DNA of 64,000 bases from an uncultured delta proteobacterium (lineage in GTDB: Bacteria; Myxococcota_A; Polyangia; Polyangiales; Polyangiaceae). The stretch's first letter is position 1, and every line of letters begins with the position of its first letter. The DNA lies in NCBI GenBank assembly GCA_963782055.1, contig CAWAIF010000003.1, positions 2,912,001-2,976,000 on the forward strand, written 5' to 3'. Positions 12,344 to 24,495 of this stretch are shown here, piece after piece. The notes under the pieces were generated by a model. That model was given only the letters and a program-made list of their open reading frames with translations. It had not been told where the DNA came from and did no database searches. Both the position numbers and the translations under genes were made by a program.

Positions 12344-12931
12344 ATGGACCCTGTGTTCTTCACCATCAAGCGGGCCTACTACGCGACGCTCAAGCTGACA
12401 CGGCGGGCGCTGGCGGCGATGGGGCTCACGGCAGCGCGGTACGACCTGCTCGACGCGCTCTACAAGCTCGGCACGCGCACCATCTCGCTTCAGAGCCAGC
12501 TCCGGCGCGCGATGGGCGTCGCCCGCTCCACCATCAGCCGCATGATGCGGTCGCTCGAGCAGCTGGGGCTCGTCACCCGGCGCCGCGACGGGCGCGACTG
12601 CATCGTCGCGCTCACCCCCGAAGGTCGGCGACGCGTGCGGCGCGCCCACTACGGGCTGGTGCTCGTGGGGCACGTCGGCCTCGCCCTGGACGGCGCGCTC
12701 GCGCCGGGAGAGCGCCGCTGGCCCGATGTCCGCGCGTGCAGGCGCGCGCGCAGGCACCTGGAAGCGCTGTGCATGCGCATCCGCCTCGGCTTCGGCGACG
12801 AGGCCGTCCTCGACAGGCGCACCGAGTACGGCTTCTGGGTCCTGCGGGCCGAGGAGCGCACCCGCCGCGCGCGCGCCCATCAGCAGCGCCGCGAGCTCGA
12901 GCTGGAGCGTGCGCGCACGGGCCTCGCCTAG
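12344..12931 (+). CDS. MarR-family winged-helix regulator, copy 1
   Basis: GLTAARYDLL...LQSQL...VARSTISRMMRSLEQLGLVTRRR...VALTPEG; close paralogue at 52763-53359. Confidence 0.88.
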   Translation: MDPVFFTIKRAYYATLKLTRRALAAMGLTAARYDLLDALYKLGTRTISLQSQLRRAMGVARSTISRMMRSLEQLGLVTRRRDGRDCIVALTPEGRRRVRRAHYGLVLVGHVGLALDGALAPGERRWPDVRACRRARRHLEALCMRIRLGFGDEAVLDRRTEYGFWVLRAEERTRRARAHQQRRELELERARTGLA

Positions 12932-12981
12932 GGGGGTACCGCGATCAGGTCCCGGGCTCCGGCCAGCGCCACGACCGCGGA

Positions 12982-14765
12982 CTACTTCGTGCTGGGGCCC
13001 ATCCCGTTGCGCAGGAGGTTCCCGCGCCCCGTCGGCCAGAGGACGCACTGCGTGCCCGAGCCGGGCACGGTGAAGACGTCCAGGCCATGGTCGAAGGTGG
13101 AGACGACGATCTCCAGCTGGCCGTCGCCGTCCAGATCCCCACAGCGGGCGCCGCCGGGATGCCGATGCCGTTGCCGTCCTTGCCCTGGTTGGGCAGTGGT
13201 ACGTCGAAGAGCAGCGCGCCGGTGTTCTCCAGCACGATGAGGTGGCCCCCGCCCGGCTGTAGCGAGTAGGTGCCGAAGATGATCTCCGGCGTGCCGTCCT
13301 TGTTCAGGTCGGCGACGACGGCCTCCGAGGCGAAGGTCTTGGCCACGCCCTTGGCGTAGTCGTAGCGCCAGAGGACCTTGCCGTCGGGGCCCACCGCGTA
13401 GAGGTAGCCGTCGTTGATCGGCGCGATGATCTCCGGCCGCGCGTCGCCCAGGATGTTGACCGTCGTCGGCGCGGGGATGCCGTTGGGGGGGTAGTAGTCG
13501 CCGCTCGCGCGCACCGGCGGCTTGTCGCTGAAGGGCAGGGTGCGGAAGGCCGGCAGGCGCTTCGCCGCCAGCGAGCCGTCGCCCTGCGCGCCCTGCAGCA
13601 CCATGAAGGCGTAGCCCTGCGTCTCGTACGGCTGGTGCTCCTCCGCGTTGGGGATGCCGACCACCTCGTTCTTCCCGTCGCCGTCGATGTCCACCACGTT
13701 GGGCGGCGAGGCCGTCCACTGAAGCCACATGGTGGTGTCCACGCTCGGCCAGGGGCCGGTCTGCGTGTGGTACTGCGCGTCCTCCACGTCCGGGTCGAAC
13801 CAGCGGATGAACTGCCCCCACCCCATGCGCTGCCCGGCGTACTTCGTCGCGCGGTTCTTGTACCAGTCGCTCGCCAGGACGGAGGTGCCGTCCTTCTTGA
13901 AGGCGTTGATCTGGTGGTTGTCGTAGGTGACCAGGATCTCCAGGTCCTTGTCGTCGTCGATGTTGCCGATGCCGACGTTCTCCCCGTAGCAGCCGTAGCC
14001 CTGGTTGCCCTGGCCGTTGAAATCGGCGTCGTTGCCCGGGCCGGTGGCGGTGTTGTAGCGCGGCCAGGCCGGCGTGACCGCGGCGCCGGCGGGCTGGTAG
14101 AGCGTACCGTCCGGCTCGAAGACGAAGACCTGCGCGCCGGTCTTCGAGGTGTTGGTGGTGGTGACGACGACCTCGATCTTGCCGTCGCCGTCCAGGTCCG
14201 CCGCGGCCATGCCGCGCACCTCCGGGCACTGCCCGCCGCTGCACGTGGACACGGGCCAGCCCGCCTTGACCGAGAGGGTGCCTCCCTTCCACTCGTAGGC
14301 GGCGACGCTCGTGCCCTGAGTCTTGCCGTCGCTGCCGCCGACGACCACCTCCATCGTGCCGTCCCCGTCCAGATCCGCGACCACGCCCGGCGCGTACACG
14401 CGGCCGCCAGTGGCGGTGCCCTTGGCGAGCCGCTTTCCCTGCGCGTCGAAGACGAAGGTGCTGTAGTCCGGCGCGACGATCTCCTTCTTGCCATCCTTGC
14501 CCAGGTCGACGATCGCCGGCGACGAGAACCAGCCCGTCTCGCCCGTCTTGATGTTGCGCACGAAGGTCGGGGCCTGCACGTCGCCGGAGCTCCCCCCCGC
14601 CTTGCACGCGGCGGTCTCGGCGACCGACCCGTCGTCGATCACGCTGCTGTCGCGCGGGCCGGCGTCGTCGCCGTTGCCGTTGCTGGTGTCGTCGCCGCCG
14701 CAGGCGACGGCGAGCAGCACCAAGGTGGACACCCCGGAGACGAGAAGAAGCGCCCAGGCTCGCAT
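12982..14765 (-). CDS. FG-GAP/VCBS repeat beta-propeller lipoprotein; frameshifted near 13138
   Basis: Lipobox LAVAC and multiple DLDGDGxxE repeats. The last repeat (GDLDGDGQLEIV) continues in another frame across a G4 run at 13137-13140. Confidence 0.82.
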
Positions 14766-14833
14766 GCGAACATGATAGCCGAAGCGCGCTCGCGTGGTGC
14801 CCTTCCGGCGTACGTGGCGGTACCCTGGTTGAG

Positions 14834-15841
14834 ATGGTCACACACCTCCTCGTCGGCAACCCCACCGCGCAGAGCGGAAAGAACGCGGCGCGCATCGAGA
14901 GGGCGCGGTCGCTCCTCGCCACGCACGGCATCGCGAGCGATCTGCTGGCGACCCTCCCTGGCGGCAAGACGGTCGGCGCGGTGACCGAGGCGCTCGACCG
15001 CGGTGGCTACTCGTGCGTCGTGACCATGGGCGGCGACGGCACCTTCCGCGAGGTCGCCTCCGGGCTGCTGGGCAGCGCGCGCGGGGAGTCCATCGCGATG
15101 GGGATGCTGCCGACGGGCACCGCCAACGATCAGGGACGCAGCTTCGGCCTGGAGGCGGGCGAGGCGGCGCTGGAGCGCAACGTCGAGGTCGTCGCGGCGG
15201 CCAAGGAGACCCGGCTGGACGCCGGCCGGATCGAGGCCGCCCGCCCCGACGCGAGCGTGCAGTCTGCATACTTCTTCGACTCCGCGGGCTGGGGGCTCTC
15301 CGCGCGTGTGCTGGCGGAGCGCAACGCCGAGCGTGAGGCGGTGCAGCAGGTGCCCATCCTCCGCGACGTGTACCGGGACTACCTGGTGTACGCGAGCTCG
15401 CTGCTCAAGGTGTTTCTGGACTCGTACACGGTGAACGACAAGTTCACGTGCGAGGTGGAGCACGAGAGCGGCACGGAGCGGCTGGAGGGGCTCACCGACC
15501 TCATCGTGAAGGGGACGCGCGTCTACGGCGGGGCCTGGGTGTTCGACCGTGGCTCCCGCCACGACGACGGCCTCTTCGAGGTCATCCCCTTCCGCGGCAA
15601 GCGCGACTGGACGAGCAAGGCCATCGTGGACCTGGAGGGCAATCCGGTGACCGAGGAGATGCTCAACCAGATCGGCGTGGAGCACTCCCACTCCTTCCGC
15701 GTCGCCCGGGCGACGCTGCGCTTCCGCCCGCCGGAGGGCGGCGCCCCCCTCGCCGCGCAGATCGATGGCGAGGAGTTCCTCGCGTCGACCCAGGCGCGCA
15801 TCGAGGTCCTCCCCCGCGCCGTGCGCCTCATCGTGCCGTAG
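14834..15841 (+). CDS. Diacylglycerol/lipid kinase family protein (YegS/DAGK-like)
   Basis: NPTAQSG, GGDGT, LPTGTAND, DDGLFEV and QIDGE motifs. Confidence 0.9.
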   Translation: MVTHLLVGNPTAQSGKNAARIERARSLLATHGIASDLLATLPGGKTVGAVTEALDRGGYSCVVTMGGDGTFREVASGLLGSARGESIAMGMLPTGTANDQGRSFGLEAGEAALERNVEVVAAAKETRLDAGRIEAARPDASVQSAYFFDSAGWGLSARVLAERNAEREAVQQVPILRDVYRDYLVYASSLLKVFLDSYTVNDKFTCEVEHESGTERLEGLTDLIVKGTRVYGGAWVFDRGSRHDDGLFEVIPFRGKRDWTSKAIVDLEGNPVTEEMLNQIGVEHSHSFRVARATLRFRPPEGGAPLAAQIDGEEFLASTQARIEVLPRAVRLIVP

Positions 15842-15853
15842 CCCTTCTTCCTC

Positions 15854-15883
15854 CCCCCCGCGCCCTCGTAGGGGCGAGGGGGG
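15854..15883. terminator. GC-rich hairpin between convergent genes
   Basis: CCCCCC-G-CGCCCT / GGGGCG-A-GGGGGG; no clear U-tract. Confidence 0.45.
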
Positions 15884-15887
15884 CAGG

Positions 15888-19514
<3,627 letters not shown>

Positions 19515-19873
19515 GCACCCGCTCCGGAGCGTCTCCGCTCCCACACTCCGCCCGAGACCCAGGTGGGCCAACTTTTCTGCAATCGCAACGCGCCAGCCTG
19601 CGCGCCTGCGCAGGTAAGGCCATGACTATGGCCGTAGGGCAAGCGTAACGTCACTTCACATAAGGTCACTGTCCACTTGCACAGGTACGCCTGCGAGGAG
19701 CCCTCTTCAAGGGAAAAACGCGTGTATTTCGCACGTATCCACAATTTGTCCAGAGGGAGGCGCCTTGACAGGTGGCCAGCGGCGGCCATACGTGTGGCGA
19801 TGGGTGCGCCGCGTGCGGCGAGCCCCCGCCTGCCCCCGGCGGCCAAGGGGGCGCGAGGCGACCAAGCGACCCC

Positions 19874-20200
19874 ATGCCGACCTACGACTACGCCTGTAAG
19901 AGCTGCGGCCATCAGTGGGAGACGGTGCAGCGCATCTCGGCGGATCCGCTCACCGAGTGCCCCAAGTGCCACGCCCAGACCGCCCAGCGGCTGATCAGCG
20001 GGGGCAACTTCATCCTGAAGGGGGGCGGCTGGTACGCCGACCTCTACTCCTCGGCGAAGCCCGCATCCTCCGCCTCCGGCTCCGGCAAGGAGACGAAGAG
20101 CGAGTCCAAGGGGGAGAGCTCTTCGGGTTCGTCCTCCACCGCGCCGACCGCGCCGAGCGCGCCGGCTCCGGCGAAGAGCGGCTCGTCCCCGAAGGAGTGA
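19874..20200 (+). CDS. FmdB-family zinc-ribbon protein
   Basis: MPTYDYACxxC...CPKC...FILKGGGWYADLY with a Ser/Ala-rich tail. Confidence 0.9.
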   Translation: MPTYDYACKSCGHQWETVQRISADPLTECPKCHAQTAQRLISGGNFILKGGGWYADLYSSAKPASSASGSGKETKSESKGESSSGSSSTAPTAPSAPAPAKSGSSPKE

Positions 20201-20204
20201 GGGC

Positions 20205-20292
20205 CTTTCCCCCAAGATTCCCGGCGAAACGTCGGAGTGCGAGCATGCTAACACTCCGACGAACGGGGGGATGGGTCAGGGGGCGGGGGGGG
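20205..20292 (-). repeat. Dispersed hairpin module, orphan copy 3 (no sigma54 box, no MarR)
   Basis: CGTCGGAGTG/CACTCCGACG arms around AGCATGCT, flanking AGATTCCC and G-rich tract as in the other copies; lies between convergent genes. Confidence 0.8.
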
Positions 20293-20767
20293 AGCCCAGC
20301 ACCCAGCGGCGTACGTCGGCGGGGCTGGCGCCCATGCTCTCCGCCACGCTCGCGACCACGACTCGCGAGATGCGACCCCCCGGCGGCCTCGCCAGAAGCG
20401 CCAGCCGTTCGCGGCCCCACGCCCGCGCGGGGTCCTGGTGGGCCTCCTCGAACGCGCGCTCCATTGCGGCGTCGACCACGCGTCGCCGCCCGAGCCATCG
20501 CTTGACCTCCAGCGCCAGCCGCATCTCGCGGTGGTAGCGGCTCATCGCCACCATCCAGCGCTCCGGCTCGCCGCCGCGCGCGCGGTCGAGCGCGGTGAGG
20601 CGTCGCTCGATGCTCTCGAGGGGCAACGCATCAATCTCGCGCAGCGCGCCGGGGAAGCGCAGGGCCAGGGCGCGCAGACGAGGCGTCGGATCGTGGGGCA
20701 CGCCGCTCGCGTCAAGACGCCTCAGCGCGAGCATCTCCTGGTACTTCTGGCCGAGCTCCTCGAGCAC
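20276..20767 (-). CDS. Hypothetical protein
   Basis: Codon-biased ORF (KYQEMLALRR...FPGALREID) filling the gap upstream of pheA; GTG start inferred. Confidence 0.65.
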   Translation of the reverse strand: MLEELGQKYQEMLALRRLDASGVPHDPTPRLRALALRFPGALREIDALPLESIERRLTALDRARGGEPERWMVAMSRYHREMRLALEVKRWLGRRRVVDAAMERAFEEAHQDPARAWGRERLALLARPPGGRISRVVVASVAESMGASPADVRRWVLGSPPAP

Positions 20768-20837
20768 GGGGTCATTGTGACACTTGTTGCGGCGCGTGTG
20801 GACGATGCGCCCGCGCGCCCTTACGCTTCCCCTCGAG

Positions 20838-21902
20838 ATGAGCGACGCCAAGCGCGAGGTGGAGGATCTCCGGCAGGAGCTGGTGCGGGTCGACGGGCAG
20901 ATCCTCGCGGGCCTGGAGAAGCGAGCCAAGCTGTCGCGCCGCGTGGGCGAGCTGCGCAAGGACCAGCCCGCGCAGCTCCCCCTCACCGAGAAGGCGCAGA
21001 TCTCGACCGTCGTCGCGCGCGCGAGCGGGGACATGCCAGCGGAGGACCTGCGCGTGATCTTCGCGCACGTGTACGCGAGCTGCCTCGCGCTGGAGCTGCC
21101 GGTGAAGGTGGCCTACCCCGGACCGGAGGGCGGCGCGGCGCACTCGGCCGTGCGCGCGCGGTTCGGCGCGGGGGTGGAGCTGCACGTGGTCGAGGGTGTG
21201 CCCGCCACGCTGGCGGAGGTGACGGCCCACCGCGCCGAGTTCGGGGTCGTCCCCATCGAGACGATGGCTGATGGCCCGGTGCAGGGCACCATCGCCGCGC
21301 TCGTGGCCTCCGACCTGAAGATCGTCTCCGCCATCGAGGTCGCCACCGAGCTGTGCCTCGCCAACAGAACGGGCAACGACGCGGACGTGGACAAGGTGTA
21401 CGCGACGGCGTCCGACCACGCGCGCGGGCAGAACGCGCTCGCGGCGCTGGCACGGCGGGTGACCGTGTTCGACGTGAAGACACCACACATGGCGTGTCAG
21501 CTCGCGGCCGAGGACCACGGCGCTGCCGCCCTCTGCACGGAGGACTTCGCCGCCGAGCAGGGCCTCGCCGTCGCGCGCAGGGGGATGGAGCAGCCGGAGC
21601 GCATCCGCTACGCCATCGTCGGCTCGCGACCCGGCGGCCGCACCGGGGACGACGCCACCGCGTGCGTCTTCTCCGTGAACGACGCGCCCGGCGCGCTGCT
21701 CTCGGTGCTCAAGCTCTTCGCCGAGCGGGGCGTCAGCCTGAAGAACATCCAGTCGCGCCCGGCGCGGGGCGAGGAGTGGGTGTACCTCTTCTTCGTGGAG
21801 CTGACGGGCCACGCGACGGACCGCGCGCTGGTGACGGCGTTCGACGACGTGCGCAAGCAGACGCGGTTCTTCAAGGTTCTGGGCTCGTATCCCGCGCTCT
21901 GA
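20838..21902 (+). CDS. pheA: Chorismate mutase / prephenate dehydratase (P-protein), divergent active sites
   Basis: AroQ-like N-terminus, VAYPGPEG, GVVPIE, ACT domain with PGALLSVL, IQSRP and KVLGSYP; near aroA and cmk. Confidence 0.82.
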   Translation: MSDAKREVEDLRQELVRVDGQILAGLEKRAKLSRRVGELRKDQPAQLPLTEKAQISTVVARASGDMPAEDLRVIFAHVYASCLALELPVKVAYPGPEGGAAHSAVRARFGAGVELHVVEGVPATLAEVTAHRAEFGVVPIETMADGPVQGTIAALVASDLKIVSAIEVATELCLANRTGNDADVDKVYATASDHARGQNALAALARRVTVFDVKTPHMACQLAAEDHGAAALCTEDFAAEQGLAVARRGMEQPERIRYAIVGSRPGGRTGDDATACVFSVNDAPGALLSVLKLFAERGVSLKNIQSRPARGEEWVYLFFVELTGHATDRALVTAFDDVRKQTRFFKVLGSYPAL

Positions 21903-21968
21903 AGCGGCTGTTCGGGGAGCCGCGCTTGGCGGTCGCTTGTCGCCGCCGGTCGGGTTACCTTGGCCAGG

Positions 21969-22955
21969 ATGCTGACGGCTCGAAAGTCACCGTTCGCCGC
22001 GGCGATCGTGGCCCTTGCGCTCGCCGCGGGTGCGTGCGGCGGCGGCGCGGCCCAGAACGCCGAGGTCGCCAAGGCCCCGTCGGCTGCCCTGTCGATGGAC
22101 ACCATCGACAAGGATCCGCTGGTCCTGTTGCCGTCCGGCCCGCTCGCCGTCGCGACGGTCGACGCCAAGGCGCTCTACGCCAGCCAGTCCTTCGGCGCGC
22201 AGGCGGCGAAGCTCGCCGAGATGTACTTCCCCCTCGGCGCCGACGCCGGCTTCTCCCCGTCGAAGGACCTCGACCGCGTCACCATCGGCTCCTACTCCCT
22301 GCAGGGCGTCGACGTGCTCGCCGTGCTCAGCGGCCGCTTCGACGTCGACAAGATCGCCCTCGCCGCCAAGAACCACACCCAGACGAAGGCGGGCGTGGTC
22401 GTGCAGTCGACGTACGCCGGCCACGACGTCTACACCGTCGCGAACGTGGGCGTCACCGTGCTCTCGCCACACACCGCCCTCGCCGGGACGGAGGGCGCGA
22501 TCCGCCGCGCCCTCGACCGCCTCAAGGACGGGCGGGTGAAGCGTGACGTCCACCCGTGGATGCTCGAGACCATCGAGACGGCGGGCGCGGCCTTCGCGCT
22601 CGCCGCCGACTTCAAGGACCAGCCCCTCAGCGGCGTCAGCGTATCCGGCTTCCGCCTCGCGGCGGCGGAGGGCCTCGCCGCCGCGCGCGCCGTCGGCACC
22701 TTCCAGTCGCCCGGCGTGCAGGTCGCGGGGTCGCTCACCTACAAGGACGCCGACCACGCCAAGAGCGCGGTGCCCGCGATCAAGCAGCTCATCGCGATCG
22801 CCAACGCGACCGCCGGCTTGACGGGCGTCTTCCCCCAGATCCAGAGCCCGACGCTCGCCGTGAAGGACTCCGACGTGCAGATCACCTTCGGAGTGGACGA
22901 GACCTCCCTCGAGAACTTCCTCACCAAGCTCCCGCAGATCCAGCCGCCTCCATGA
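21969..22955 (+). CDS. Hypothetical lipoprotein
   Basis: Lipobox AAGAC, strong GC3 bias. Confidence 0.75.
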   Translation: MLTARKSPFAAAIVALALAAGACGGGAAQNAEVAKAPSAALSMDTIDKDPLVLLPSGPLAVATVDAKALYASQSFGAQAAKLAEMYFPLGADAGFSPSKDLDRVTIGSYSLQGVDVLAVLSGRFDVDKIALAAKNHTQTKAGVVVQSTYAGHDVYTVANVGVTVLSPHTALAGTEGAIRRALDRLKDGRVKRDVHPWMLETIETAGAAFALAADFKDQPLSGVSVSGFRLAAAEGLAAARAVGTFQSPGVQVAGSLTYKDADHAKSAVPAIKQLIAIANATAGLTGVFPQIQSPTLAVKDSDVQITFGVDETSLENFLTKLPQIQPPP

Positions 22956-24040
22956 TGTACGCGTTCGAGGACATCGGCGCCGATCTCCCCCGGCCGCCGC
23001 TCGCCGCGCGCCGCGCCTTGCTCTGCGCGGGCGTCGCCCTCCCGCTCGAGACGTGGCAGTCGCTTCCGATCGAGGTGCGTCAGCGCATCGTGCAGGAGGG
23101 CACGCACGAGAAGGTGGACGAGGCGACGGTGAAGAACGCCGTCTCGCCGGTGCTCAAGCGCGTGCGCTTCATGGGGAAGGTGAAGGACCCGCCCCTCGAG
23201 GAGGTGCCGGTCGCCGTCGCCGACGCCCTGCGCAGCTTCCGGCCCGTGAGCGCCGAGGAGTGGCGGCGCCTGCGGCCGCTGGACCGCTACACGCTCGTCG
23301 CGCTGGCCGCCAACAGCCGCCTGCTCTGGCGGGCAGTCGAGGAGATGGCGGGGGGCCAGGGCACCGCGCTCTCCTCCGTGAAGCTGCAGCCCTGGGTCGG
23401 CCAGCTCGCGAGCTGCAAGGTGCACATGTCCGCCGGCGCGCTCGGAGAGCTCTCGGCGGGTCTGCTCATGTCGGGCAAGGCGATGGTGCTCGCCCGCACC
23501 TCCGGCGTGCGTCTCGCCCGCCGCGCCCACGAGATCATCGATGGCTACGCCGAGAAGTACGCCGGCCCGGTGGAGCTGGACTCGCGCATCGATTTCAGCG
23601 AGGGCACATGCGTCTGGCAGGGCCACGTGAGCACGGTGGACGGTGAGTTCTTTTCGCCGGCCTCGCTGCTCGCGGTCGCCGCCGCCGCCGTCGCGGTGCG
23701 CGACGCCGTCGCCACACGCGACCCGAAGGCGACCATCACCGACGTGGCGATCCGCGAGGAGGCCTGGTCCGTCGGCAGCTCGGCGTTCGGGGAGGAGGCG
23801 ACCGTGAACATCGACGCGAAGGCCTACCTCGCGGCGAGAGGCATCGTGCCGGAGGTCCCGCAGCCGGCGCCGGTCTCGCTGGGCGCGCCGCCGCCGTCGT
23901 CCTCGACGCCGGGGCTCGTCGCGGCCCCTGCCCCGCGGTCCGGTGTTCCGGTGTGGGTCGTGGTGCTCCTGCTCATCACCACCCTTGCCGCCCTGGGCGC
24001 CGCGGTGGCGGTGCTGATCATGCACCACCCCCTGCGCTGA
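22952..24040 (+). CDS. Nitrate-reductase-associated domain + degenerate MoaC-like domain + C-terminal TM helix
   Basis: N-terminus YAFE...PLAARRALLCAGVAL...WQSLP and WRRLRPLDRYTL; MoaC-like GKAMVLARTSGVRLARRAHEII; hydrophobic C-terminus. Confidence 0.6.
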   Translation: MMYAFEDIGADLPRPPLAARRALLCAGVALPLETWQSLPIEVRQRIVQEGTHEKVDEATVKNAVSPVLKRVRFMGKVKDPPLEEVPVAVADALRSFRPVSAEEWRRLRPLDRYTLVALAANSRLLWRAVEEMAGGQGTALSSVKLQPWVGQLASCKVHMSAGALGELSAGLLMSGKAMVLARTSGVRLARRAHEIIDGYAEKYAGPVELDSRIDFSEGTCVWQGHVSTVDGEFFSPASLLAVAAAAVAVRDAVATRDPKATITDVAIREEAWSVGSSAFGEEATVNIDAKAYLAARGIVPEVPQPAPVSLGAPPPSSSTPGLVAAPAPRSGVPVWVVVLLLITTLAALGAAVAVLIMHHPLR

Positions 24041-24055
24041 GCGCCGCCACGGCGG

Positions 24056-24075
24056 ATCGCCAGCATGCTCGCGAT
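24056..24075. repeat. Core palindrome ATCGC-C-AGCATGCT-C-GCGAT
   Basis: Same core as the dispersed module; intergenic, just after a stop codon. Confidence 0.7.
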
Positions 24076-24128
24076 GGGACGGCTGGCGCGTGGGTAGACT
24101 TTCCCGAGGGCGTGGTCATACTGGAGCC

Positions 24129-24422
24129 ATGGCCTCTCCCGGTGGCGGGTTGGATCGCGTGGTGGGCGTGCTCGGCGCAGCCGATGCCGTCGCGCACTTC
24201 GCGCTCTTCTGGTTCTTCGTCTGGCGCGTCGTGTCCGGCTCCGCGTTCGACAAGGTGCTCGCGGTGCTCTGGGCGGCCCTCGCCTTCGGCGGGCTGGTGC
24301 TCGGCGTCGTGGGGCGCGCGCTCATCAAGTACGGCCACATCGGGAAGGCGAAACGCTGGGGCACCTACGCCGTCGGCGGGTCCACCGCGCTCGCCGGCGT
24401 GCTGCTCGTCGTCGCCGCGTGA
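24129..24422 (+). CDS. Small membrane protein (about 3 TM helices)
   Basis: GGAG RBS, three hydrophobic segments. Confidence 0.7.
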   Translation: MASPGGGLDRVVGVLGAADAVAHFALFWFFVWRVVSGSAFDKVLAVLWAALAFGGLVLGVVGRALIKYGHIGKAKRWGTYAVGGSTALAGVLLVVAA

Positions 24423-24495
24423 GTTTGCGTACGCTCGGCGACGCGGGCGCTTCTCGCGCGGAGTGAGAGCGCCGGGAGCTGCTAGAGTCCCGCGC

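Noticed and set aside
12344..12931. MarR duplicate as an assembly duplication or IS element
   Set aside because: The copies differ at many synonymous sites and at the C-terminus. No transposase, terminal inverted repeats or clear target duplication were seen.
9595..13269. Very long alternative-frame ORFs (also 50784-54305, 9728-12277, 37579-39786, 109-2025)
   Set aside because: Arg/Gly/Pro-rich shadow frames of real genes, expected in very high-GC DNA.
14763..14782. GCGAACATGATAGC as an eighth palindrome copy
   Set aside because: Two core mismatches break the symmetry and the outer arms do not pair.
19577..19594. Sigma54 promoter for smc (TGGCGCGTTGCGATTGCA, minus strand)
   Set aside because: The GG-to-GC spacing is not the required 10 nt.
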